64,000 bases of DNA from assembly GCA_963665815.1 (NCBI GenBank), contig OY762463.1, positions 3,899,600-3,963,599 on the forward strand, given 5' to 3'. The notes below the pieces were generated by a model, which saw only the letters and a list, made by a program, of their open reading frames with translations, was not told the DNA's origin and did no database searches. Source of the stretch: Candidatus Cloacimonadales bacterium. GTDB taxonomy: Bacteria; Cloacimonadota; Cloacimonadia; Cloacimonadales; JAIOQZ01. The translations under genes were made by a program, and so were the position numbers. This document shows positions 19,135-29,293 of the stretch, piece by piece (the stretch's first letter is position 1; each line of letters begins with the position of its first letter).

Positions 19135-20397
19135 TTATTTCAGAAGAACAAGTTTTTGTCTACTAATTCCAAATTTTGTCTTCAGAATTGCAAAATAAAT
19201 ACCTGATGCCTGCTTGTCAGCGTTCCATATAATTTTATGTGTTCCTTTAGAATACGGTTTGTTCTCCAGGGATACAACTTTTTGTCCCTTTATGTTATAA
19301 ATTGATATTTCAACGTTGGATTCTGTCGGTAATGAGAATTCAAGGGCAGTTTGCGGATTAAATGGATTTGGATAGCATTTGAGATTTGTTTTGAATACCG
19401 GTACTGTATTTTCTGATATTCCAACTCCATAGCCGTAAGTCAATCTACCGGAATCTACCCATTCTCTTGAAGCGGTATCTACAAGCTCCTGTGAGAGGAA
19501 AACAGATGGCTTGTCATCATTATTGTACGTAATCGTTCCTCTGGAGTCATTATACCAGTCTGTCATATCCCATGAAAAATCATCCCAGGACATGGGCTTA
19601 TTGCCGTTATAAATATATTCAGTTTTATCTTCATTCATCCAGGTTCCGCTTTCCCAATACTGATCAATTTCTACAGTCATATTATCACCATCATATGTGA
19701 ATAGTTCATTCTCATCATTTTGCCAGGCGGATCCATCATACCAGTATAGAGTCATTGTGGAAACGTGTCCACCTGCCCAGGTAAGAACGTACTTTTCAGA
19801 GTCTTCAGGACGATCCCAGCCGTATTCCTGAATCAGTACTTCTGTCAGCTCTGAACCATTATATGTGTATGTCCATTGTTGCGAGTCAACCCATCCTCCA
19901 TTAATCATATCCGGAACTTGAACGAGGCACGAAGATATACCTTCAGTTACCCATGTGTAGCTTTCACGTCCTATAACTGTTGGCGACCCCATATAATCCA
20001 TTGACATCTCAATATGAGAAATCTGACCACCAGCCCAGACAACGTTATATGAAACAGTTACAGGTTGTCCCCCATAATTGTATGTCATATTGACGCGTGA
20101 CACACCTTCACCATTATATTCTATAGTTGTGCTGCCTACAGTTGCCCATGTTCCCGTTGAGTCTATGTATTCCTGATGTACCGAAGTACAGTTAAACATG
20201 CTGTAAAGCATGGGCATTGTGAGGTATGTAGGATAAACTTCATTAACGATTGGATCGAAATAATGTCTTGAATTCTGTAGTGCTGTTCTAGTTAAAGATT
20301 CTTTCTGCAAGTTGATTAAATCATCATAATCAATTTCGAATGATGATAAGCTCATTGCAGCAACAAAAACAAATAAAATAAATAGTAATTTTTTCAT
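19135..20397 (-). CDS. Secreted beta-strand-repeat protein with FlgD-Ig/T9SS-type C-terminal domain (paralog of 17816-19078)
   Basis: Same length (420 aa); shared DPIxNEVYP and SREW motifs; CYPNPFNP...KLVLLK. Confidence 0.8.
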   Translation of the reverse strand: MKKLLFILFVFVAAMSLSSFEIDYDDLINLQKESLTRTALQNSRHYFDPIVNEVYPTYLTMPMLYSMFNCTSVHQEYIDSTGTWATVGSTTIEYNGEGVSRVNMTYNYGGQPVTVSYNVVWAGGQISHIEMSMDYMGSPTVIGRESYTWVTEGISSCLVQVPDMINGGWVDSQQWTYTYNGSELTEVLIQEYGWDRPEDSEKYVLTWAGGHVSTMTLYWYDGSAWQNDENELFTYDGDNMTVEIDQYWESGTWMNEDKTEYIYNGNKPMSWDDFSWDMTDWYNDSRGTITYNNDDKPSVFLSQELVDTASREWVDSGRLTYGYGVGISENTVPVFKTNLKCYPNPFNPQTALEFSLPTESNVEISIYNIKGQKVVSLENKPYSKGTHKIIWNADKQASGIYFAILKTKFGISRQKLVLLK

Positions 20398-20497
20398 CTT
20401 AACCTCCAGATTAATATATAATTACAGGTAAAATCTAAAAGATATTTCAAATTGTGCAATATAAAAATGTTCAGGAAGTGTTTTTATTCACAGATAT

Positions 20498-20526
20498 AAA
20501 AAAAAGACCTGCCCCAAAGCAGGTCT
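20498..20526 (-). terminator. Rho-independent terminator
   Basis: AGACCTGC/GCAGGTCT stem with an A-run on the plus strand. Confidence 0.7.
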
Positions 20527-20542
20527 GACGAGTATATTGTAT

Positions 20543-21496
20543 TTATTTAATGATTTCAGCATTTCTCAATAGACTTAAATCAAATGTAACTCCAAGCTTT
20601 TCTGCATACTTCATGTTAAGGAAGAGTTTTCCCTGAGTGTTTTTCTCGATTTTTATGTCTGAAGGATTTGTACCTTTTAGTATCTTCAATGCAGCTGTTG
20701 CAGCCCAGGTTCCTTGTTCCTGGCTGCTTTTAGCAAAGCTGATAAGTGTAAAATCTCCCATCCAGTCATAGATAGAACCAATTGGTAATGCAATATTCTG
20801 CTGAAGAAATTCTTTCGCTTTCTGATCGTTCCAACCAGTCATTCCGGCATTATTCTCGAAAACAATCATATCCGTTGACTTCTGTAGATCCAACATTTGT
20901 TTTTTCCAGTCCTCAAATGTTTTTACATAAACTACTTTCTCATATTTAATTCCCAGAAGCTTTGAAGAATTTTCTCCTTCTTTGTGTGATGATGGTGTAT
21001 CTGCTGAGATAAAAGAGACTCTATTACCTTTTGCATATTTTTTCATATTGTTGATTAGTGCATTATAAAGACCTACTTCCACCATACCTGTTGTATTTTT
21101 GTAAGGGAAGCCATAAATTTTTTCGTCCCAGTTTACACCGCAGAAAACAAATGGAATTTCAGAGTTCTTGAAATATTCTTTAATAATGTATTTGCTGGCA
21201 TTATCATCTGCTGCAATTACAACATCCGGCTTGTAGTTCTCAATAAGCCTTTTTGCTTTGACGGCTGCTTGCTTTTTAAATGCTTCTGATCCATTTCTTT
21301 TTGTGTCCATTCTATACACTTTCAGTTCAGCTCCGGAAGGTTCGATAACCATTTTAATACCTTCTGTAATACCGTCGCTCCAGGCATATCCTTCATGATA
21401 TGAGTCTATAAAAAGGACCTTCTTTCCTTGTTGAGCGAAAATTAATGAGCTTAATAGAACCAGAACTATTAACATTGAAATCTTAAGATTGTACAT
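20543..21496 (-). CDS. ABC-type substrate-binding protein (ABC_sub_bind-like), orphan
   Basis: Signal peptide; IDSYHEGYAW, MDTKR, KPDVVIAADDNA, PFVFCGVN, LKILKGTNPSDI. Confidence 0.75.
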   Translation of the reverse strand: MYNLKISMLIVLVLLSSLIFAQQGKKVLFIDSYHEGYAWSDGITEGIKMVIEPSGAELKVYRMDTKRNGSEAFKKQAAVKAKRLIENYKPDVVIAADDNASKYIIKEYFKNSEIPFVFCGVNWDEKIYGFPYKNTTGMVEVGLYNALINNMKKYAKGNRVSFISADTPSSHKEGENSSKLLGIKYEKVVYVKTFEDWKKQMLDLQKSTDMIVFENNAGMTGWNDQKAKEFLQQNIALPIGSIYDWMGDFTLISFAKSSQEQGTWAATAALKILKGTNPSDIKIEKNTQGKLFLNMKYAEKLGVTFDLSLLRNAEIIK

Positions 21497-21631
21497 ACAT
21501 TTCTCCTTCTAAATTTAAAAAAATGTAAGTTGAATGTTTTTAAATGTCAAATATTTTCTGTCTATCAGGATAAAAAAAATTACGTTACCGAAACTGTCTT
21601 GATATGAATGGAAATTAGATTTTTCTGTAAT

Positions 21632-22732
21632 CTACCGTCTGATACAGTTATTGTAAATTTTCAGTATATTACTACGGAAGTACAAGCTTGTTAGATCATC
21701 ATTATGTCCTTTACACGAATAATCGTAAGTAAAGGAAAAATAATCTTTCAGCCCGATTTTGAATCCCATACCAACTGATTGGGCATTGAAAAGATCATCT
21801 TTATTTCTTTGTCTGTAAATCCAGTCTTCATCATCGTAGAAACCGTAGCGCAGGAAAACTGTATCCAGAAATCCTAATTCCAGCCCGTTTGTGTGAAAAT
21901 CCTGAACATCGATTGATCCGTGGTCAAATAAATGCTCAATGGCATGTGCATACATAACAGAAAAGTAATTATCAATGAATGGTGAGAGGAATGTACCTTC
22001 AGTGGAGTAAATGCTTGCTTTTCCGGAAAATCCCCACAGCAGACCTCTAATGAATGTTTCACTATCATCTGTGTACTTCATTTCAGTATCAAAAAGATTA
22101 GTATGTGTTACTGCCTGAACAAGTTCAATATTTAAGTACCTGCCATCTTTAAAGGTAATGGGTCTGATAGTGTTTACAATGCCTATATTGGTGAAAAAGC
22201 CATAAGCATCACCATAAGAATTCTCAAATATACTGAATGTGTTTGACAGTCCGATTGCTGCCTCCCATTTATTGCCATAAGGTCTGTAGTCAAAATAATC
22301 AAATGGATTGAAGGCAATACTGAATGTGTAGTTTTTATCTGAACCTGAACTTGAATTTGATTGATACTCACTTTCTTCAGAGCTTACAGTGTAGCCAAAC
22401 TTAGTATCAGAATTGAGTAATGGAAATGAGAGTCCGATTCCATTCCTGTAAGTTGAAACATTAGATTCGTATAGATGTATATTAACAGGATAATGTTCTA
22501 ACCACTTATCTTGCATGAAACCAACTGATATGTCATAATTACTGAAGCCCAATAAAGCAGGATTAGCCCGTAATGAATTTGGATTCTGGTCCCATATCAG
22601 TGATGGATTATGAATGTTTCCAAAACTTCTGCTGTAAGCATTTGGTACGAGATAGACATTCCCTGCATATTGTGCAGACAATGTTGCTGTTATTACCAGT
22701 AAGAGTATAATAGTAATCTTTAGTTTTAACAA
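21632..22732 (-). CDS. Outer-membrane beta-barrel protein, possibly PorV/PorQ-like
   Basis: Signal peptide (TTG start); NPALLGF plug-like motif; GLELGF..VFLRYGF and GMGFKI..FTYDYS strands. Confidence 0.5.
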   Translation of the reverse strand: MLKLKITIILLLVITATLSAQYAGNVYLVPNAYSRSFGNIHNPSLIWDQNPNSLRANPALLGFSNYDISVGFMQDKWLEHYPVNIHLYESNVSTYRNGIGLSFPLLNSDTKFGYTVSSEESEYQSNSSSGSDKNYTFSIAFNPFDYFDYRPYGNKWEAAIGLSNTFSIFENSYGDAYGFFTNIGIVNTIRPITFKDGRYLNIELVQAVTHTNLFDTEMKYTDDSETFIRGLLWGFSGKASIYSTEGTFLSPFIDNYFSVMYAHAIEHLFDHGSIDVQDFHTNGLELGFLDTVFLRYGFYDDEDWIYRQRNKDDLFNAQSVGMGFKIGLKDYFSFTYDYSCKGHNDDLTSLYFRSNILKIYNNCIRR

Positions 22733-22767
22733 TTTTCACCTTCTTAACAATTACTTCACTAAAACAT

Positions 22768-23958
22768 TTACTCATTGTTGTCTAGTTTTTCATTATCCTG
22801 GCTACTTTCTTCCGGCAGCTCAATATTATCTTCAGTTGATTCTACAGAATCAATTTCCTCATTCGATACTGTGCTGTTTCCGTTTTCAGATGAGAGAGCT
22901 TTGACTGGATTTACTAATGAGATTTTTTCTGCAGTAATTTTGCTGAAATACCATTTGTATATTTTTTCAATGGCAAATGGTGAATATATTCCAAGAGTGA
23001 TTAGAGATAAAAGACCTTCGATGAGTATAAGTTTGTATCCTTCACCTGTATTCCCTTCGAATTTGAATTCAAACTTTGCTGCTCCGCTATGAACATTGAG
23101 TTTTGATAGCAAAAGATCAGTTATGTTCATGAAAGCCTTTGGAGAATAGAATCCCAGAGTAAGTGCACCAAGTGTTAATTCTCCACCAAAACGGAGATAA
23201 TCTTTGAATTCAAGGTCATTAAAATTAATATCATAGTCTTTATATTTCAGATTGATAATCCAGTCTGCGAAGAGGAGCAGCATTATTGATCCAATAAAAG
23301 CTGATAGAGCGTAAAAAATTATGTATATTGGTATTGGATAGACTGAAGACGTTGTAAAAGAAGCACCAGATAACAACATGAAGGGTATTATAATTATCAT
23401 AGAAAGCAGATAGAGACCAAAAACCTTCAAGTATACAATAAACAGTCCTTTGGATGTTCCCTTGAAGGCAAAAGCTGATTCATCATATCCTGTACATCTG
23501 AAAATGTATTTTACCATCATTTTAGTATTCAGCAGAATCAGATAAATCCAGAGGAATGGTAGAACTATTGATACAATTGGTACTTTTAGCCATGCAAAGG
23601 CAAATCCCAGTAGAACAATTCCAATCATGTATACGAAATACAACATCCAGTATCCCAGAACATTCCAGACTGAGAACTCAGCCTTGAACGAGATATCTCC
23701 AAAATGGATGCTGTTCATGATTTTTCTAATGAGTAGAAGTCCGATAATATAGATAATTACGGTTGCAGCAAACATGAATAGTCCACTGAGTACTACTTCT
23801 GAATAGGCCTCTGACATGCTACCCATAGGTTGAATATTTGCAGTGTCCCAGTAATCTTTGAATGAAACAAAAACTATCAACATATTAATTATCAGTAAAG
23901 GGTACCAATAGATTGCCGCCTGTTCCCATTTCAGATTGAAATTAAATCTTTTTGTCAT
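22768..23958 (-). CDS. DUF898/YjgN-like membrane protein
   Basis: Multiple TM helices; LTLGFYSP and LITLGIYSPFA repeats; FxFxG motifs. Confidence 0.65.
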   Translation of the reverse strand: MTKRFNFNLKWEQAAIYWYPLLIINMLIVFVSFKDYWDTANIQPMGSMSEAYSEVVLSGLFMFAATVIIYIIGLLLIRKIMNSIHFGDISFKAEFSVWNVLGYWMLYFVYMIGIVLLGFAFAWLKVPIVSIVLPFLWIYLILLNTKMMVKYIFRCTGYDESAFAFKGTSKGLFIVYLKVFGLYLLSMIIIIPFMLLSGASFTTSSVYPIPIYIIFYALSAFIGSIMLLLFADWIINLKYKDYDINFNDLEFKDYLRFGGELTLGALTLGFYSPKAFMNITDLLLSKLNVHSGAAKFEFKFEGNTGEGYKLILIEGLLSLITLGIYSPFAIEKIYKWYFSKITAEKISLVNPVKALSSENGNSTVSNEEIDSVESTEDNIELPEESSQDNEKLDNNE

Positions 23959-25115
23959 ATGTCCTCCGAATTCTGTATGTTTGCAATTTGTTGTTCTTCT
24001 TTTGGTTGAGGATTTGTACTGCTATCGTTAAAATCATCAATAGTAGATTCATTACATAAATCCTCTGCAATTATATTGCTCAATGTCCATTTTCCCATTC
24101 TTTCAATAGCAAGAGGTGAATATATTCCCAGTGAAAGAACGGAGTACAATGTCTGTTTAAGCAGGAATAAGTAATCATCTTTGGAATTTCCTTCAAAATC
24201 AAGAGCAATTTTCCTGTTTTCATTTGCAACATTAATTTTTGGGAGGAAATGACTAAGGATCTTTTGAATTGCTTTTGGCATATAAAATCCAAGTGTAATA
24301 ATTCCAAGAGTAACTTCTCCGGCATATCTGAAGTAATCCATGATATCAAGTTCAGATAGTTTAATATTGAAATCTTTATACTTGATATTTATTACCCACT
24401 CTAAATTCAATAAGAAAATTACAGAACCGAAGAAAAAGGAGAAAATACGCAGGAATGTGTTTGCGAGTATGGATGCAAAGGTTCCCGTATTGACGGAAGC
24501 AGATTGCAGGGAAATCATTGAATAAACATACGTAAACAACCAGAGTAGAGTTCCAGTCACAAGAATTTTCAACCAGACAATTATCAGTCCGGTCAATGAT
24601 CCTTGAAAAACAAATTTATCTGAATTGTATCCGGTTTTCTTTACTATATATTCTACCAGAAGTTTAGTGTTAAGAAGTGCAAGAAAGAGATAGATAAAGG
24701 GACTTATTAGAATCAGAATTGGGAGTTTCATCAAGGTTATTGCACCGGTAAAAACTGATACTAATAGTAGATATCCGATATACCAGAACATGAATAAAAT
24801 CAACTTCCCGGCAGAAAAATCAGCAGTAAAGTTTGCTCCATTGAATACGGTGTTGCCAATTATTCTTCTGTAAATTGGAACAATCAGTTTGGTACTAAAA
24901 ATTCCATAAAGCAGTGATATCCCAAAATATTTGAATAACTCCAAATAATAATCCAATATTTCAGACTCATTCATAGAATTGATCATTACCGGCTGTGAAT
25001 GATCTTTAATAAACCCATAGCTGTATACGTTGAAAACAATTGTTGTTACGAGTAGCAGATACCAGAAAACAGCTATTTGCTTCCAGTTTAATGTAAAATC
25101 GAATCTCTTTGTCAT
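23955..25115 (-). CDS. DUF898/YjgN-like membrane protein (tandem paralog)
   Basis: MTKRFDFTLNW start mirrors MTKRFNFNLKW; ITLGFYMP and LSLGIYSP. Confidence 0.65.
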   Translation of the reverse strand: MTKRFDFTLNWKQIAVFWYLLLVTTIVFNVYSYGFIKDHSQPVMINSMNESEILDYYLELFKYFGISLLYGIFSTKLIVPIYRRIIGNTVFNGANFTADFSAGKLILFMFWYIGYLLLVSVFTGAITLMKLPILILISPFIYLFLALLNTKLLVEYIVKKTGYNSDKFVFQGSLTGLIIVWLKILVTGTLLWLFTYVYSMISLQSASVNTGTFASILANTFLRIFSFFFGSVIFLLNLEWVINIKYKDFNIKLSELDIMDYFRYAGEVTLGIITLGFYMPKAIQKILSHFLPKINVANENRKIALDFEGNSKDDYLFLLKQTLYSVLSLGIYSPLAIERMGKWTLSNIIAEDLCNESTIDDFNDSSTNPQPKEEQQIANIQNSEDI

Positions 25116-25123
25116 ATGTCCCC

Positions 25124-25912
25124 CTAAATCTTCCTGAATGCCCAGTTATTTTTTTCTTTTACTGCAATCTCAGAGACACTGCAGTCTTTCAGAATGTTAA
25201 TTGCCCTGTTGTATACTTTATCAAAATCGTTTACTGTGTGTGAGTCACTTCCCAGAGTCAGCAGTTTACCGCCTTTTTTCAAATACATTAGTATTACTTG
25301 TGGATCAGGTATAAGTGACTCAATTGTATTCCTGAGTCCTGAAGTGTTTATTTCCAGAGCTGTATCGGTTTTAATCAGCAGGTCTGTGAGTTTCTCAAGA
25401 TGAGCTTTGCTGCCTGATAAATCCGGCCAGTTCTTTAGGAAACGTGCATATATTCCAAGATGGCCCAGTATGTCAATTTTGACTGACTCAAGAAGATAGA
25501 TGTTTTCCTCATAATAGAGCTTCATTTCTTTATCTGTAAGTTTGAACTTTAGAGGAACAGAAACGTTGTAACCTCCCGGCATGGCGTGGATTGACCCGAT
25601 TTTTACATCCGGTGGATACTTACTGATTATACTGTCTGCAAAAACCTGATTTCTGTGGTATTCTCCAATCTCCAGTCCATATTTAAGCTTTATAGCAGGA
25701 TATTCCAGCTGTAGTTTATTGATATCTCTGACGAGTAGTCTCAGAGGGGGAATTCCATAGTCAGCGATCTCCTGCGGATCACTCTCAAAATGCTCGGTAA
25801 ATGCGAGTTCTTCATAACCAAGTTCAACGGCTTTTTGCACATAGTTTGCCATTTTCTCGCTGCTGTCACCACTAAAATCTGTATGTATATGATAATCTAT
25901 TTGTCTTTTCAT
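25124..25912 (-). CDS. PHP-family phosphoesterase (histidinol-phosphatase HisJ-like)
   Basis: DYHIHT..SGD, FTEH, GSIH, ILGH, LEINTSG, GSDSH. Confidence 0.88.
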   Translation of the reverse strand: MKRQIDYHIHTDFSGDSSEKMANYVQKAVELGYEELAFTEHFESDPQEIADYGIPPLRLLVRDINKLQLEYPAIKLKYGLEIGEYHRNQVFADSIISKYPPDVKIGSIHAMPGGYNVSVPLKFKLTDKEMKLYYEENIYLLESVKIDILGHLGIYARFLKNWPDLSGSKAHLEKLTDLLIKTDTALEINTSGLRNTIESLIPDPQVILMYLKKGGKLLTLGSDSHTVNDFDKVYNRAINILKDCSVSEIAVKEKNNWAFRKI

Positions 25913-25984
25913 AAAAACCTTAGTATGTTTAATAATATTCTCTTTACAAACTTTTGAGAAAATAGACTGTTTAGCAAGGTTTTT

Positions 25985-26656
25985 ATGGAAAACAGAATAA
26001 AAAAAATATCAATCAACCGTTATAAAAACGGAGCAGTATCCGAAGTGTCGGATAATGTAGTAGTTGAAGAACAACTGTTTCTTTACAGAAACAGCCATCT
26101 CATCGCAGAATTCCACTGCAGTGAGTCAGATATTCAGGAACTTGTTACAGGTTATCTTGTCAGTAATGCAATTGTATGTAATAAAGAGCTATATGTTGTT
26201 AAGACTGATTCCGATAAGGTTGTATTCAGTGACTGCATTACTATTGAAAATAGCGATAATAACGATATCTCGAATGTGAGAATTACTCATACTGAAGCCT
26301 TGGGTGCTGTCAAAGATTTTACACAGATGTCTGAACTTTTCAGGCTTACAGGAGCAGTGCACAGCTCTGCAATTTTTCATAATGGAACATTATCCTGTTT
26401 TGCGGAAGATATCAGTAGAACCCATGCAATAGAAAAAACAATCGGAAAAGCATATGTGAACGGGATCAGATTATTTGAATGCGCATTAATCTGCAGCTGC
26501 CGGGTTAACAGGAAAATTGCTGTGATGGCAGTTAACTCAGGGATTGGTTGTATCGTGTCCAGATCAGCTGTAAGTGATAAGGCAATTAGTATGTGCAGAA
26601 ATGCCGGAATTCAGTTGATTGGTTTTACTCGTGGAGATGTTTGTAATATCTATTGA
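25985..26656 (+). CDS. fdhD: FdhD/NarQ family formate dehydrogenase accessory sulfurtransferase (divergent)
   Basis: VVVEEQL, ELVTGYL, LFRLTGAVHSSA, EDISR..AIEK.IG, SRSAVS..AI, LIGFTR. Confidence 0.8.
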   Translation: MENRIKKISINRYKNGAVSEVSDNVVVEEQLFLYRNSHLIAEFHCSESDIQELVTGYLVSNAIVCNKELYVVKTDSDKVVFSDCITIENSDNNDISNVRITHTEALGAVKDFTQMSELFRLTGAVHSSAIFHNGTLSCFAEDISRTHAIEKTIGKAYVNGIRLFECALICSCRVNRKIAVMAVNSGIGCIVSRSAVSDKAISMCRNAGIQLIGFTRGDVCNIY

Positions 26657-27237
26657 TCGTAGCTGTAGTACAGCAGGCTTCTGTAATCTTCCTGTGTATT
26701 AATGTTACGGAATGCAGGATCATCAGCAGAGGTTTTGTAATAGCAGACATTTACCTGATCAAGAAATTTGTGGATAGCATACTCACCTTCGTTAATTTGA
26801 TCTTCAATAACAGACAGGCACTTTTTTGAATAGATTGCATGTAACGGTTCAATACCTATTTCATGTTTTGGCATTAGGACATCACATTTTGCTTTATTGT
26901 ATTCCTCAAGCATCATTTCAATTTTTTTGAGAGTAATAAATGGCATATCACAGGCAAAGCAGAATACGGAATCATTGGCTGCATAATGCAGAGCTCCCAG
27001 AATACCCCCAATAGGTCCGGCAAAATCAATAGGATCGTTATATACAGGATAATTTGTTCTGAACGGAATAGAGCCGATTACAAACACATCATCAACAACT
27101 TTTTCTGTTGTTTTCAGGATTTTCTCAATAATGAACTCATTGTTTACTTTAAGATAAATCTTGTTGTATGGGAATCTTGTGCTCAACCCCCCTGCAAGTA
27201 CACATGCAGATACTTTCGAGTATGTATCACTTTTCAT
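26650..27237 (-). CDS. mobA: Molybdenum cofactor guanylyltransferase
   Basis: VLAGGLSTRF..NK, GPIGGI, ACDMPF, EPLHAIYS, FRNINT. Confidence 0.9.
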   Translation of the reverse strand: MKSDTYSKVSACVLAGGLSTRFPYNKIYLKVNNEFIIEKILKTTEKVVDDVFVIGSIPFRTNYPVYNDPIDFAGPIGGILGALHYAANDSVFCFACDMPFITLKKIEMMLEEYNKAKCDVLMPKHEIGIEPLHAIYSKKCLSVIEDQINEGEYAIHKFLDQVNVCYYKTSADDPAFRNINTQEDYRSLLYYSYDQ

Positions 27238-29179
27238 TTTCTTTCAGAAATTCCATTCCTTTTCTTGTTATGTATCGATAGTCACCTTTTCTTGTGATAA
27301 TTGCTTCTGAATCGAATTTTGCCAGCATCAGAAGGCAAATCTTTCTGTTTCCATCTACCAGATCTCTGAATGTTGCTACAGTGAACCCTTCTTCATGCTC
27401 AAGAGCATATTTGAGAAGAGTTATACGAGATTTATCTACTATCTCTGACCAGATGAAATTCCCGTCAAGATTGTAGCAGAATTTTCTGTTCGTCAAGTAA
27501 CTTAGAACCTGCTTGAGCTTCGTCTCGTTCATACCCAGATTGTGTGATGCAGGTACAAGTTCCGACCAGAGAGGAACACGCATGTTTGAGTTTGATATGA
27601 AGTGTTTAACAAAGCGGATATGTTTATGATCCTGCTCGTTGAGGACTACATTGTGATTACCTAATGCCCAGGTATGTTCTATTTTTTTGACAATGCTGCG
27701 GCTCTCAAGATCAGTCAGCACTATTCTCATGACTTTTTCCAGAGATGTGTCTCTATGGACTCCGAATACTCCCATTATTTCCTGGAATGTTCGACCACGT
27801 TCTTCAATTGGATTCCTCTTGTGGAAAATCTGCAAATGACGCTTTATTTTCCTCTCAAGCTTATCGAGAAGGGTTCTTTTCCAGAGGAAAATGTTTTCTT
27901 TGTCTGATAATACGGCAATATCCTCTGCAACGTCTTTTTCCACAGCTTTCCAGATGTCAAATTTTGGTGCATTCAGGATGTCTGCAATCTCATCATCACT
28001 GAGCGGAAGCAAACGTTTTCTGGCTTCTGCTGAGATTTTCTCGCTGACGTCACCTTTGACCAGTTTAACCAGGGCAGAAATAAGTCCGTCAGGTCGTCTT
28101 TTATGGTGCAGAGGGTTGGCATCAATGATTTCACCACCACCAAGAGTAAGGTCATTGGAAGTATTACGTATGATGAATCTGTCACCATACTGGCAGATAC
28201 ACGGCTTTTCCAGATGGATCTGAGCAATGGCATTGTCACCACCTTCCAGTCTGTCTTTATTGATCAGGTGAATCTTAGCTTGAGAATAGTATGTTCCTAC
28301 AAGAATCTGTACGTGAGACCAGAGATGGATTGCCTTAACGTTTTTGAACAGTGACAGCTCAACATCAATCATTTCTGTTGATTTGATAAATCTATCTGTC
28401 AGCATCTGACCACGCTTGAACTCTTTCTTCTGGAAGTTACCAACATTTATGGATGCTCTGTCGCCAGCTTGAATAATTTCTACATCCTCACCGAACTTCT
28501 CGAATTTACGGATTTTTAACTCTTTGTATTCCGGAAGCAGGAAAAGGTTGTCGGTCTTAAGCAGTTCACCGCTTTCAACTGTTCCATTGACGATTGTACC
28601 GTAACCCTGAACGTTAAACACTCTGTCTATATACATACGGAAGACTTCACCATGAGATCTTTCATCGAGAGAGTTTACTGTGTTCTCAATCTCAGCAACA
28701 AGATCGGGAATACCTTCACCGGATTTTGCAGAAACCTTTACGATAGGGGCATTTTCCAGGAATGTTCCTTCAAATTCTTCTCTCAGTTCTTCTTCTGCCA
28801 GTTCAAGAAGCTCCTCATCAACAAGGTCGGTTTTTGTGAGAGCAACAATACAATTGTGGATTTTAAGCATATCCATAATCTGTATGTGCTCAAGAGTTTG
28901 AGGCATGATCCCGCTGTCGGCAGCAATAACAAGCAGACCAAAGTCTATACCGGAAGCACCGGAGATCATAGTATTAACAAAGTCTTTGTGTCCGGGAACG
29001 TCAATGATGCCGATCTGGTTTTCTTCTGAAAGTTTCAGGTTGGTGAATCCGAGATTGATTGTGATTCCCCTGAGCTGTTCTTCTTTATGTGTATCGCAGT
29101 TATAGCCTGTAAGTTTCTGAATAAGGGTTGTCTTTCCATGGTCAATATGACCGGCTGTTCCCATAATCAGGTGTTTCAT
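27227..29179 (-). CDS. selB: Selenocysteine-specific translation elongation factor
   Basis: GTAGHIDHGKT, EEQLRGITINLGF, DVPGH, TKTD, IDRVF..QGYGTIV, GDRFIIR..TLGGG, C-terminal winged helix (FRD..GNRK..FD..TRKGDYR). Confidence 0.95.
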   Translation of the reverse strand: MKHLIMGTAGHIDHGKTTLIQKLTGYNCDTHKEEQLRGITINLGFTNLKLSEENQIGIIDVPGHKDFVNTMISGASGIDFGLLVIAADSGIMPQTLEHIQIMDMLKIHNCIVALTKTDLVDEELLELAEEELREEFEGTFLENAPIVKVSAKSGEGIPDLVAEIENTVNSLDERSHGEVFRMYIDRVFNVQGYGTIVNGTVESGELLKTDNLFLLPEYKELKIRKFEKFGEDVEIIQAGDRASINVGNFQKKEFKRGQMLTDRFIKSTEMIDVELSLFKNVKAIHLWSHVQILVGTYYSQAKIHLINKDRLEGGDNAIAQIHLEKPCICQYGDRFIIRNTSNDLTLGGGEIIDANPLHHKRRPDGLISALVKLVKGDVSEKISAEARKRLLPLSDDEIADILNAPKFDIWKAVEKDVAEDIAVLSDKENIFLWKRTLLDKLERKIKRHLQIFHKRNPIEERGRTFQEIMGVFGVHRDTSLEKVMRIVLTDLESRSIVKKIEHTWALGNHNVVLNEQDHKHIRFVKHFISNSNMRVPLWSELVPASHNLGMNETKLKQVLSYLTNRKFCYNLDGNFIWSEIVDKSRITLLKYALEHEEGFTVATFRDLVDGNRKICLLMLAKFDSEAIITRKGDYRYITRKGMEFLKENEK

Positions 29180-29254
29180 ATATTTATCCGTCCGTAAAGA
29201 GTTTTTAACAGCATGGAATGTATGGAAAAGCTGTCAATGATAATTCTGGAAATC

Positions 29255-29283
29255 AAAACAAAGGCTGCCTGATTGGCAGCCTT
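29255..29283 (-). terminator. Rho-independent terminator after creD
   Basis: AAGGCTGCC/GGCAGCCTT stem with A-rich flank. Confidence 0.65.
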
Positions 29284-29293
29284 GCTATAATAT

